From positions 1,167-65,166 of the forward strand of contig JBCNVF010000013.1 in the NCBI GenBank assembly GCA_039630355.1: a stretch of DNA of 64,000 nt, in the 5' to 3' direction. This document shows positions 40,502-50,012 of the stretch, in pieces. The notes beneath the pieces were generated by a model. It ran no database searches. It saw nothing but the letters and a program-made list of their open reading frames with translations, and was not told where the DNA came from. Numbering within the stretch: the first letter of the stretch is position 1; each line of letters starts with the position of its first letter. The position numbers and the translations under genes were made by a program. Origin of the DNA: Brevinematia bacterium. Lineage in GTDB: Bacteria; Spirochaetota; Brevinematia; DTOW01.

Positions 40502-43500
40502 ATGCCCGTTTTTCTTAAGAAAGTTGAGCTTTTCGGTTTTAAATCTTTTGCAGACAGAAGTAAGATTGAGTTCAACTCTCCGGTTACCGCAATCATTGGA
40601 CCAAATGGAAGCGGCAAAAGTAACATAATTGATGCAATACGATGGGTATTAGGAGAAAGTAGCTCAAAAGCCCTAAGAGGTAACACTTTTGAAGATATTA
40701 TCTTCGCAGGATCCCAATATAGGCCTTCCCTAAGCGTAGCCGAGGTATCTCTTCTTTTTGATAACACAACAAGAATATTACCCATTCCAATAGATGAAGT
40801 TGAAATCCTAAAAAGATACTACAGATCTGGGGAAGGGAAAATTCTTATAAACAAGCAAGAGGTAAGAGTAAAGGACGTAGTAAACCTTTTTCTAGGAACG
40901 GGTTTTGGGAAAGAAGGATTTTCAATAATAGGACAGGGAGAAATAGAAAAACTTGTTGTAGGAACACCGCAAGAGAAAAGAGATTATGTAGACGAACTAC
41001 TTGGTTTAAGTAAGGTAAAATTTAAGAAAAAGGAAGCAGAAAAAAGACTACTTGAGGTAAACTCAAACCTTACAACACTTATTGCTAGATTTGAGTCAAT
41101 AGAAAAAGATTACAACAGACTTAAGATTGAACTAGAAAAACTCAACATATACAGAAAACTCTCCGAAAAACTAGAACACCTTGAAAAGCTCCTTTCATTG
41201 CTTAAAGTAATCCACTACCAGCAAGAACTAACTCCCCTACTCCTAGAAAGAGAAGCAATAGAAAAAGAAATAAAATCCCTAAACGATAAACTACAAGAGT
41301 TCACCAATTCCCTCTCATACTTAGACACCCTACTCCAAGAAGAAAATAACCTACTCTCCATAAAAAGAGAAGAACTAAACGAAGTTGAGAAACTAATAAA
41401 ATCCAAAGAACTAGAAAAGAAATCTCTAGAAACAAAGATAGAAATGTCCAAACGAACTATTGACATATACACCTCCTCCATAACAAAAGAACTTCAAAGA
41501 AAAGAAGAACTAGAAAAAGAGAAACTCCTACTACTTGAAACAATAGAGAAACTCTCAAATGAAGCAACTGAAATTCAACACCACACCCACGAACTAAAAG
41601 AAACTATCAAAAATACTGAAACCGAAAAAGGTGAACTTGAAAACCAAAAGGAAAAACTACTATCAAAAGTAGAATCTATAAAAACAATAATCTCAAAAAT
41701 AGATACTCTATCAAAGGAAACAAACTGGCTTTACTCAAAGAAGGAAGAACTAATAAAATCTAAAGCTGAGTTATCAACTCTCATCCAAGAGATAGAAAAG
41801 TCTTTAAATGAAACAAAAGCAGAAAGAGACAGAATAGTTCTAGAAATAGAGAACCTAAGACAGGAAGCAGACACTATCTCCCCAGAACTATCCCGAAAGC
41901 TATTAAATATAAAAACACTTGAAGATAAAGCTAACGAAATACAGACCTTAATAAGCAACCTCTCAAAACAGTCCGAAAGAATGTTTCAAGAGTTCTCAAA
42001 CAATATAAGTAGTAGTGCAATAAAGATAGGAGAATTCATAAGCCAAGTAGACCTAACCTCTCAGCAAATTACAAATATCTGCGAAATAATCCTAAGCCAA
42101 AAACTGGAACAACAAGAAATCAAGATAAAAGTAGAAGAAATAAAACAACTATCAACAACACTCTATGAAAAAATTAAGACCTTACCATACCTATCAACCG
42201 CAACTGAATTCATATCAAAGAAGATAGAGATAGATGAAAACATCCTATCACTGAGAAAATCCTTTGAGGAAATCCAAGAAAAAATCTACGTCCAAAAGGA
42301 TGAGATTTCAGAACTGCGTGAGAAGCAAAAAAGAACTGAGATAATACTATCAACAAAAGAACAGGAGCTTACGAAAAACGAAAAACTCATTGAATCCCTG
42401 CAAAAAGAACTTAAGGACAAACTCCAAAAACTGGAAAGCTTGGATAAAGATCTAAAACAAATTCTATCTGATATCCAAAGCCTTCAACTTGACTCCGCAA
42501 ACATTCTAACCAAACTGTCAAACTTAGACATTGATAGTAGTAACACTCCCTCAGAAGAGAAAACAACAGAACCAGACCTATCTCAGCTAAAGCCTTACCT
42601 AGAGGAAAAACTAAAAGCCCTATCCCTAAAAGAGATTGAGGAAAAAATTAAGGAAAAAGATATCCTGATCTCCCACAAAAGAAGTGAACTCTTGCAACTT
42701 GAAACCAAAAACACAATAATCCACTCAGATATCAAGTCATCAAGAGAAAGAATAAGAAAAATTGAAGAAGAAACGGAGAAAATAAAAGAATTTACAACAG
42801 CTAAGCAAAAAGATATACTAACCGAAGAAGAAAACATTAAAAATTACCAAATACTACTAGAAAACTTAACACTCACCCTTGAAGAACTCTCAAACCAGAG
42901 AGACAACCTTCTAAAAGTAGTTTCAGAAAAATCCTTAAACATAAAAGAGCTTAACCAAAAGTATAGAGAAACCACAAACAAGAAAGAAGAAATTTCTAAA
43001 AAAGTTAGCCAACTTGAAAAACAACTTCTGCTAACAGAAGAAAAGATTAAATCACTACAAAACAATATAGAGACAACAAATCTCCAACTAGCAGAGAAGT
43101 ACGGATTGACAATAAAGGAAATTGAAAATCTGTTTTCTCAGGAAGAACTAGGAAAGTCTCTAGAAGAAATAACTAAAGAAACCTTAACCTTGAAAAATAA
43201 AATAAGAGGGATAGGATTTATAAATGAGAATGCGGAAAAAGAATTTAAAGAAGTTGAGAAAGAATACCTATCCCTAAAAGCAAGCCTAGAGGATATCCTT
43301 CAAAGCAAACAAAAACTTGAAGAAATGATAAACAACATAAACAGTGAAATAGAAAAGATTGTCTCAAACTCCCTGGAGGACATTAGTAGAATAATAACAG
43401 ATGTGTTTAGAGAAATCTTTGGAGGAGGGGGAGTAAGAATAGAAATTGATAAAAACGATCTAATAGAAGGAGGAATAGAACTTAGTGTAAACATTCCTGG

Positions 43501-43813
43501 GAAAAAAGTGAGAAACTTATTACTTCTGTCAGGTGGAGAAAAAGCCCTAGTCGGAATAATATTCGTCTTCTCCGCCCTTATGATAACCAACACTCCTATC
43601 GTAATACTAGATGAAGTAGATGCTTCACTTGATGACGAAAACACCGAAAGGTTTAAAAGACTAATACTCTCCTTCAAAGACAAAACACAATTCATAATTG
43701 TCTCCCATAACAAATCAACAATAGAACTCTGTCAGGATATATACGGAGTTACAATGGAAGAAAAAGGTGTCTCTAAGGTCGTATCCTACAGACTCCAGGA
43801 TCTGGCAGTGTAA
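40502..43813 (+). CDS. smc: Chromosome partition protein SMC
   Basis: N-terminal Walker A GPNGSGKSNIIDAIRWVLGE, long coiled coils with hinge, C-terminal signature LSGGEKAL and Walker B ILDEVDASLD. GGAGGGGA RBS. Confidence 0.95.
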   Translation: MPVFLKKVELFGFKSFADRSKIEFNSPVTAIIGPNGSGKSNIIDAIRWVLGESSSKALRGNTFEDIIFAGSQYRPSLSVAEVSLLFDNTTRILPIPIDEVEILKRYYRSGEGKILINKQEVRVKDVVNLFLGTGFGKEGFSIIGQGEIEKLVVGTPQEKRDYVDELLGLSKVKFKKKEAEKRLLEVNSNLTTLIARFESIEKDYNRLKIELEKLNIYRKLSEKLEHLEKLLSLLKVIHYQQELTPLLLEREAIEKEIKSLNDKLQEFTNSLSYLDTLLQEENNLLSIKREELNEVEKLIKSKELEKKSLETKIEMSKRTIDIYTSSITKELQRKEELEKEKLLLLETIEKLSNEATEIQHHTHELKETIKNTETEKGELENQKEKLLSKVESIKTIISKIDTLSKETNWLYSKKEELIKSKAELSTLIQEIEKSLNETKAERDRIVLEIENLRQEADTISPELSRKLLNIKTLEDKANEIQTLISNLSKQSERMFQEFSNNISSSAIKIGEFISQVDLTSQQITNICEIILSQKLEQQEIKIKVEEIKQLSTTLYEKIKTLPYLSTATEFISKKIEIDENILSLRKSFEEIQEKIYVQKDEISELREKQKRTEIILSTKEQELTKNEKLIESLQKELKDKLQKLESLDKDLKQILSDIQSLQLDSANILTKLSNLDIDSSNTPSEEKTTEPDLSQLKPYLEEKLKALSLKEIEEKIKEKDILISHKRSELLQLETKNTIIHSDIKSSRERIRKIEEETEKIKEFTTAKQKDILTEEENIKNYQILLENLTLTLEELSNQRDNLLKVVSEKSLNIKELNQKYRETTNKKEEISKKVSQLEKQLLLTEEKIKSLQNNIETTNLQLAEKYGLTIKEIENLFSQEELGKSLEEITKETLTLKNKIRGIGFINENAEKEFKEVEKEYLSLKASLEDILQSKQKLEEMINNINSEIEKIVSNSLEDISRIITDVFREIFGGGGVRIEIDKNDLIEGGIELSVNIPGKKVRNLLLLSGGEKALVGIIFVFSALMITNTPIVILDEVDASLDDENTERFKRLILSFKDKTQFIIVSHNKSTIELCQDIYGVTMEEKGVSKVVSYRLQDLAV

Positions 43814-43827
43814 CTGCTCTTTTTTTC
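43804..43827 (+). terminator. Rho-independent terminator GCAGT-gta-ACTGC followed by TCTTTTTTT, overlapping the smc stop
   Basis: 5-bp stem and 3-nt loop followed by a T7 run. Confidence 0.45.
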
Positions 43828-43829
43828 GT

Positions 43830-43900
43830 GATTTTGTCCTTGCTTTTGTTGTTTTTGGGAAAAACAAACAAGTTAACATAATTTAACCCAAAGGCTAATC
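43830..43900 (-). repeat. Repeat family 1 copy c6 (core CAAGTTAACATAATTT 43869-43884)
   Basis: Immediately downstream of the smc terminator. Same organisation as c4 and c5. Confidence 0.6.
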
Positions 43901-43976
43901 CTTTTTCAAGACTTTTTCACCAAATTACCAACCACACAACTTGTAGCTATGGAAAACACGTGGAAATTAAAGTTTA

Positions 43977-44873
43977 TCAAAAAGTGAGTTTAGTTACAAC
44001 TCCTTTGAAAGCAAGAAGTATAATGTAGATAACACTTAACAGTAGGGTTATTAGCACTCCTGTTGGTAGATCAAGTTCGTAGCTTATGCCAATACCTATA
44101 AATTGGACAAAAATAGCTGTAAAAGTTGACAGTATTATCATTGTTGAAATTCTTTTTGTGAAGAAACTAGCTATAGCTGAGGGGAGAGTTATCAATGCTA
44201 TTGAAAGAATCACCCCCACAGTTTTGATCATAAGAAAGACTGTGATAGAGATAAGCAAAATCAGAAGAGTTAAGAACACTTCAGGAGCAATGCCTCTAAT
44301 CTTGGAAAATTCTTTATCAAAGCTTACCAAGACAAACTGATGGAAAAACACAACTGTTATACCTAGCACTAGGAAAGAGATAATGAGTATATATGCTATA
44401 TCCTCAGTAGATATAAGAAGTATATTACCGAAAAGATAGCTTGTTATATCTGTAAATCTTGGGGTAAGGTACGCAAAAAGTATTCCCAAGGACATTCCAA
44501 CTATCCAGACTACACTTATAGCAGTATCAACCCTTTCCTTTCCCCAAAGATAGAACACACTTATTATGATCCCTGAAAGTATTGCAAACAGCGCTCCTCC
44601 AAGAGAAGGTGAGAGTAAATTTATTCCCAGCACCGTATTCAAGTATAAAGAAACTCCTACACCACCAAGCACAGAATGACTTATTGATCCCGCAATATAA
44701 CTCATTCTATTCACCACAGTAAAACTACCAACAATTCCTATCGGAATACTTGACAAAAAAGCTGATATAACCGCATTCCTCACAAAAGACATCTCAGGAT
44801 CAAAAAGTGCCTTAAAAAATTCCATACAACTAACCCGCATGTAACACCTTTTTACTCTTTCCAAAACACCCAA
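43977..44873 (-). CDS. znuB: Metal (Zn/Mn) ABC transporter permease, ABC-3 family
   Basis: Poly-TM ABC-3 permease. Last gene of a three-gene operon. Confidence 0.75.
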   Translation of the reverse strand: MGVLERVKRCYMRVSCMEFFKALFDPEMSFVRNAVISAFLSSIPIGIVGSFTVVNRMSYIAGSISHSVLGGVGVSLYLNTVLGINLLSPSLGGALFAILSGIIISVFYLWGKERVDTAISVVWIVGMSLGILFAYLTPRFTDITSYLFGNILLISTEDIAYILIISFLVLGITVVFFHQFVLVSFDKEFSKIRGIAPEVFLTLLILLISITVFLMIKTVGVILSIALITLPSAIASFFTKRISTMIILSTFTAIFVQFIGIGISYELDLPTGVLITLLLSVIYIILLAFKGVVTKLTF

Positions 44874-45552
44874 AAATCTCCGCTAATGCCTTATCTGGAG
44901 TAACACCATGTTCCTTAACCTTTCCACCACTTATGCATATAGTTCTATCTGTTAGATCATTCACAAAACCAGTATCGTGCGTAACAACTATTATTGTCTT
45001 CCAACCTTTAAGTCTCTCCAAAAGAGAATTTACAATTTCCTCACCTTCCATATCTATATTTGAGGAAGGTTCGTCAAGTACTAAGATACAAGGTGAAGAA
45101 GCTAAAGCCCTGGCGATCAGAACCCTTTGCTGTTGTCCCCCAGAAAGCGAAGAAAAGCTCTTCCTCATCAAATCAGAAATCTTTAACTCCTCAGCTAAAG
45201 CTTTGATTCTCTCTTTATCAACACTAAAAATCCTCCCAAAAGGTTTCAAAACTCCTCCAAATAGTACTTCCTCAACCGTTATAGGAAATTGAACATCAAA
45301 ATTCCCAATTTGTGGCACATAACCAATCTTACCACTATAATCCTTAGGATCTTTCCCCAAAACCAAAACCCTACCTTCCCTAGGTCTCAAAAGACCCAAT
45401 ATGATCTTAACAAAAGTCGTCTTACCAGAACCATTAGGACCCACTACAGTTATAAACTCATTCTCGTAGATCTTCAAGCTAACATTCCTAAACAGCATCA
45501 AATCTTCGCTATAACCGAAACTTACATTTTCAAATGATACCACAACATTCAT
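44830..45552 (-). CDS. znuC: Metal ABC transporter ATP-binding protein
   Basis: Walker [19 protein letters not shown], Walker B LVLDEPSSNID. Confidence 0.8.
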   Translation of the reverse strand: MNVVVSFENVSFGYSEDLMLFRNVSLKIYENEFITVVGPNGSGKTTFVKIILGLLRPREGRVLVLGKDPKDYSGKIGYVPQIGNFDVQFPITVEEVLFGGVLKPFGRIFSVDKERIKALAEELKISDLMRKSFSSLSGGQQQRVLIARALASSPCILVLDEPSSNIDMEGEEIVNSLLERLKGWKTIIVVTHDTGFVNDLTDRTICISGGKVKEHGVTPDKALAEIFGCFGKSKKVLHAG

Positions 45553-45556
45553 AGAA

Positions 45557-46459
45557 TTACCTGTAACTATCCCTTATAAGAATAGCTATCCTCCTCATAT
45601 TTTCAAGATAATCATACTCCAGAGGATTTATCTCAACTACAGTTCCTCTAATCTCCTTTGCTAGCACCTCAGCACTTTTCCTTGAAAAACCCGGCTGAAC
45701 AAACACAACCTTTATCCCCTCCTCCTTAACAACTTTAAGGATTTTTACAAGCTCTCTCGGCGAAGGATCCTTACCTTCCCTCTCCAGTGCTATCTCAACA
45801 ACCCCATACTCCTTCTCAAAATACTTAAATGCAGAGTGAAAAACTAAAAACTTCCTACCTCTGAGATCATAAAGAATTTTCCCAATCTCTTCGTGAAGTT
45901 CTTTTAACTTCTTCACCGTGTTTCTATAGTTTTCTTCATAAAAGTCTCTATTCTGAGGATCAAGACCAACAACAACTTTCAAGATGTTACTAGCCATCAC
46001 TATCATATTAAGGGGAGAGAGCCATACATGAGGGTCATACAAACCAGAATAGTAATGATGTTCTTTACCAAAATGTTTCTCACTCAAAGCTAGCTTACTA
46101 AGCCCTTCGGACATATCAACAACTCTCACCTTTGGAAATGACTTTCTCACTTTACGAATAAGATTCTCTTCAGAATCCCCAAGGCCTAGAGAAAAGAACA
46201 CCTCAGCTTTACCTACTTTCTTCACAAGTGAAGGAGAGACTTCAAAAGTGTGCGGATCCCTCCCCCTCTCAACAATAACCAAAACCTCAAACTTATTGCT
46301 AACTATACCATCAACAAGCCACTTTTGTGGCAAAATTGTGGTAAATATTACCCTTTTCTCACCATACCCTATAAGTGCAAAAGAAAAAACTATAAAAGAA
46401 AACACAACAAACTTTAACTTTGCTAAAAAGCCATTAATAAAACACATATACGAATACAA
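45557..46459 (-). CDS. znuA: Metal ABC transporter substrate-binding protein (TroA/ZnuA family)
   Basis: Signal peptide. TroA-like fold hallmarks (HDPHVWLSP, VFHSAFKYF). First gene of the operon. Confidence 0.75.
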   Translation of the reverse strand: MYSYMCFINGFLAKLKFVVFSFIVFSFALIGYGEKRVIFTTILPQKWLVDGIVSNKFEVLVIVERGRDPHTFEVSPSLVKKVGKAEVFFSLGLGDSEENLIRKVRKSFPKVRVVDMSEGLSKLALSEKHFGKEHHYYSGLYDPHVWLSPLNMIVMASNILKVVVGLDPQNRDFYEENYRNTVKKLKELHEEIGKILYDLRGRKFLVFHSAFKYFEKEYGVVEIALEREGKDPSPRELVKILKVVKEEGIKVVFVQPGFSRKSAEVLAKEIRGTVVEINPLEYDYLENMRRIAILIRDSYR

Positions 46460-46530
46460 ATGTTTTATATAATATACAAAATTCTATCACTTAGGTCAAG
46501 ATTATATACTATCACATCTCTTGACACTAC
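46460..46530 (-). promoter_or_regulatory. Putative znuA promoter with flanking GTGATAG direct repeats (candidate metalloregulator operator)
   Basis: Minus strand reads TTGACC-N17-TATATT immediately upstream of znuA. A second TGTCAAG...TATATAAT lies further up. GTGATAG is repeated next to each -10. Confidence 0.35.
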
Positions 46531-46699
46531 CAAAAAACATCAAAAACATCATCAAATACCTTAACCACTATCCCTACCTTCACTATACACCATTCCCGAT
46601 AAGACTGTGAGAAAAGCAGAAAACAAAACTAATAGCAAACTCCAGACTCATTTTTGTTAGTTTATTGAAAAGCAAAGTCCTTTCTTAGATAATATCAGT

Positions 46700-47092
46700 A
46701 TGACATTACTAAGTTTCGTGAAAAGTTTCCTAAACAGTAAAGGCTTCTCTCTTGTAGAGATTCTGATAGTGCTAGCAATAATAGGAATATTACTGACAAT
46801 AGCTATACCAAACCTGTTTAAGGCCGAAGAAGCTACAAGAAAAAGAGCTACGGAAATGGAAATCAGGGGAATAATAGCTGCGATATACAACTATAAACTA
46901 GCTACTTACTCCTTGCCTAAATCTCTGAGAGACCTAGTAGATGGAGGATACATAAAGTCCAGTGCGCTTTATGATGAATGGAACAGTGAATATAAGTTTG
47001 AGACAAGAGGTAACAAAATAGTTATAGTAAGTCCAGGTCCTGATAGAAAGCTTGGCACGAAAGACGATATATCAGTAGAAGAGATATTTTAG
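46700..47092 (+). CDS. Type II secretion / type IV pilin-like pseudopilin (GspG-like)
   Basis: Class III signal KGFSLVEILIVLAIIGIL (cleavage G|F). C-terminal GGYIKS...SPGPDRKLGTKDDI resembles GspG. Confidence 0.65.
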   Translation: MTLLSFVKSFLNSKGFSLVEILIVLAIIGILLTIAIPNLFKAEEATRKRATEMEIRGIIAAIYNYKLATYSLPKSLRDLVDGGYIKSSALYDEWNSEYKFETRGNKIVIVSPGPDRKLGTKDDISVEEIF

Positions 47093-47135
47093 TTACCAAG
47101 TAAGAAATGTAAATTAGACCTCATTGCTTTTGAAT

Positions 47136-47165
47136 TTTGGTTTCTTGAAAGACTAAGAGAAAACC
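47136..47165 (+). promoter_or_regulatory. Sigma70-like promoter TTGAAA-N18-TATAAT upstream of rpmE
   Basis: Hexamers read directly from the sequence about 30 bp upstream of the rpmE start. Confidence 0.35.
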
Positions 47166-47194
47166 AAATATAATACTTTTCTAGGGTAAGGTGT

Positions 47195-47395
47195 ATGAAG
47201 AAGGGCATTCATCCTGTACTGAAGGTTTCTAAGGTGAGGTGCGGTTGCGGAAATGTTATTGAAATATTATCCGTTTTTGAAGAAGAACACATAGAAGTGT
47301 GTTCCAATTGTCATCCATTTTATACTGGTAAGAGAAAAATCGTTGATACTGGCGGTAGAGTTGAGAAGTTTAAAAAGAGGTATAAAGTCAAGTAG
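47195..47395 (+). CDS. rpmE: 50S ribosomal protein L31
   Basis: MKKGIHP...CxC...C..CHPFYTGK zinc-ribbon L31. Confidence 0.9.
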   Translation: MKKGIHPVLKVSKVRCGCGNVIEILSVFEEEHIEVCSNCHPFYTGKRKIVDTGGRVEKFKKRYKVK

Positions 47396-47398
47396 TTT

Positions 47399-48673
47399 AT
47401 GTATAAGCTAGTAGTGGAAGGGGGACACAGGCTATTTGGTGAGGTTGAAATAAGCGGTGCCAAAAATTCCGCTCTCCCTATAATGTGCGCTTCTCTTCTA
47501 ATTGAGGATGATGTAGTCATCCACAATATTCCAGATCTAGAGGACGTAAGAGTAATGAAAGTCCTTCTAGAGAAGCTAGGTAAGGAGATTCTGTTTTCCA
47601 ATAACACCATGGTGATAAAAACTAGAAGTGAAGATGCGTATGAAGCCCCCTACGAGATAGTGAAGAAAATTAGAGCATCAATAGCAGTTTTAGGACCTCT
47701 GCTTGCTAAAAGAAAAAAAGCTAGAGTTTCATTTCCCGGAGGTTGTGCAATCGGTCCTAGGCCAGTTGATCTGCATATCAAGGGAATGAGAATACTAGGA
47801 GCTAGCGTTAAGGTTGAATACGGCTACATAGTTGCCGAAACAGATGGACTTACCGGAGGTCTTGTCAACATGCTTGGAGTTAACGGAACAAGCGTTGTTG
47901 CTACCGAAAACGTTATGATGGCAGCAACCCTAGCAAAAGGAACTACTGTCATTGACAACGCTGCTATGGAACCAGAGGTTGTTGACTTAGCAAACTTTCT
48001 CATAAAGTGCGGAGCTAAAATCAAAGGACATGGAACAAATACAATAGTTATTGAAGGTGTGAAAAAGCTTAGAGGAGCTGAATACACAATCATCCCCGAC
48101 AGAATAGAGGCAGGAACATATATCTTAGCAGGTATGATGACAAATGGAGAAATCATCGTTAAAAACTGTGAACCCAACCATCTCAGAGAACCCATAAATG
48201 TGTTTAAACAGATGGGTGCTAGAGTAGAGATACTTGATAAAAATAGAATACTTGTAAAAGGTGTTGAAAAATATGAACCTGTAAATGTCACTACTCTCCC
48301 CTACCCACTCTTTCCAACAGACTTACAAGCACAACTGATGGCAGTCTTAACCAAAGCCAAAGGAATAAGTATCATCGTTGAAAAAGTATTCCAAAACAGG
48401 TTTGCTCATGCTGCAGAAATGAATAGGATGGGAGCAGATATAACTATTGAGAACGCTTCCGCAATAATAAAAGGTGTTGACAAACTTTACCCAGCCACGG
48501 TAATGGCATCAGATCTAAGAGGAGGAGCCGGATTAATAATTGCTCTTCTCGGCGCAGATGGCACAGGAGAGTTACTTAGACTCTACCACGTAGATAGAGG
48601 ATATGAGAGAATAGAAGAAAAACTATCTAAACTTAGTGCAAAAATCAAAAGAGAAAAAACAGATATTATATGA
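47399..48673 (+). CDS. murA: UDP-N-acetylglucosamine 1-carboxyvinyltransferase
   Basis: EPT family. GAKNSALPIM, active-site region CAIGPRPVDLH, 424 aa. Confidence 0.9.
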   Translation: MYKLVVEGGHRLFGEVEISGAKNSALPIMCASLLIEDDVVIHNIPDLEDVRVMKVLLEKLGKEILFSNNTMVIKTRSEDAYEAPYEIVKKIRASIAVLGPLLAKRKKARVSFPGGCAIGPRPVDLHIKGMRILGASVKVEYGYIVAETDGLTGGLVNMLGVNGTSVVATENVMMAATLAKGTTVIDNAAMEPEVVDLANFLIKCGAKIKGHGTNTIVIEGVKKLRGAEYTIIPDRIEAGTYILAGMMTNGEIIVKNCEPNHLREPINVFKQMGARVEILDKNRILVKGVEKYEPVNVTTLPYPLFPTDLQAQLMAVLTKAKGISIIVEKVFQNRFAHAAEMNRMGADITIENASAIIKGVDKLYPATVMASDLRGGAGLIIALLGADGTGELLRLYHVDRGYERIEEKLSKLSAKIKREKTDII

Positions 48674-49938
48674 TATCCCAAATACTTAGCTTCTTCAAAA
48701 TACTTAGACTGCTCTTACAAAAAGGGAAAATTTACCTATTCTTTCTAATACTCTCTATCTTCGTCTTCTCTTCTTTCGTTGTGATAGTTTTGGGAATCAG
48801 AAATGCTATACACAGAACCGTTGAGGAAAGCATAGGCTCAAAATTACCACCAGACATAATAAAAGTCACCCCCAAAATAATACCCAGAAACATATTCTCC
48901 GGCAACATCAAGGGCGCAGAGATAACATCAAGCGATTTTCACAAAATATCTAAAATGAAGGGAGTTAAGAGAGTATACAGGGTCATGGAAATTCCTTTCC
49001 CCAGCAGTGTGATACTAGTAGTATTCGGCATAACCGGAAGATCAGATATGGTCACTTACGGTGTCGATTACGAACTTGTTAAAAAGGACATATTCAGAGG
49101 ACTCTCCTTCAAGTACAATGAAGGAGAGAATACCATTCCATTTGTTGTGCCTAAGGGAATCATTGAAGGGTATAATTTGGCTTTCGCCAGAGGACAAGGA
49201 ACCCCTACCGTCACTGAAAATTTGCTCAAAGGATTAACCTTTACCTTCTTCGCAGGTAAATCAAGCTTTAGAACCCTTCCTAATTACTTAGAAACTAAAG
49301 GCATTATTGTCGGAATAAGCGAAAACATCCCACCACTTAGCATATGTATGCCCATAAACGCCGCCTCATACCTGTCAAAACGATTAGTGCCAAATTACAA
49401 AGAAACTTACTCAATGCTATACGTGGAACCCTATTCCCACGACTACGTTAACGAGGTTATAAACAAACTCAGAAAAATGGGATTTGTCGTTGAAACTTCT
49501 ACCGACAAAACTGTATTCGTAGAAAATATAAAGGGCTTCATATCTTACATTGTGCTCGGACTAATCGCTCTAGTTGGTATATTCGCAGTTGTCTCCATTT
49601 TCATCTCAATAATGCTCTTCGTCACCACAAAAGTTGAGTTTCTATCTCTATTGAGACTACTAGGAGCAAATAAGATCTATATCTCGGTTTTGATAACCTC
49701 CCTAATAAGTGTTGTAGTATTTTCGTTCTCACTACTCTCAAGCTTGTTGTCTCAGACAGTTTTCATAAACTACTCATCCTTGCTCATAGAGAAATACGAG
49801 GTCGTAAGTACCTTTATAAAGAAGGACTTCTTCCACTTAGGCCTTAGTGATGTTATCACACCAGTTCTTATAAGCACCTTACTGTCAATTCTTTCCTCCG
49901 CCTTCGTCTCATTGAGATTTCTTGTCAAGAATATCTAA
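48670..49938 (+). CDS. FtsX/MacB-family ABC transporter permease (orphan)
   Basis: N-terminal TM, about 250-aa periplasmic domain, three C-terminal TMs. ATGA overlap with the murA stop. No ATPase gene adjacent. Confidence 0.6.
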   Translation: MISQILSFFKILRLLLQKGKIYLFFLILSIFVFSSFVVIVLGIRNAIHRTVEESIGSKLPPDIIKVTPKIIPRNIFSGNIKGAEITSSDFHKISKMKGVKRVYRVMEIPFPSSVILVVFGITGRSDMVTYGVDYELVKKDIFRGLSFKYNEGENTIPFVVPKGIIEGYNLAFARGQGTPTVTENLLKGLTFTFFAGKSSFRTLPNYLETKGIIVGISENIPPLSICMPINAASYLSKRLVPNYKETYSMLYVEPYSHDYVNEVINKLRKMGFVVETSTDKTVFVENIKGFISYIVLGLIALVGIFAVVSIFISIMLFVTTKVEFLSLLRLLGANKIYISVLITSLISVVVFSFSLLSSLLSQTVFINYSSLLIEKYEVVSTFIKKDFFHLGLSDVITPVLISTLLSILSSAFVSLRFLVKNI

Positions 49939-50012
49939 AAAGGATCTTTCAAAAAAGTGAGTTTGAAAGGAATGTAAAAAGTCCTTATAATAGTTCTCAG
50001 AGGTAAGAGAAG

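Noticed and set aside
47824-48291. 155-aa minus-strand ORF inside murA
   Set aside because: Antisense shadow ORF of a conserved gene.
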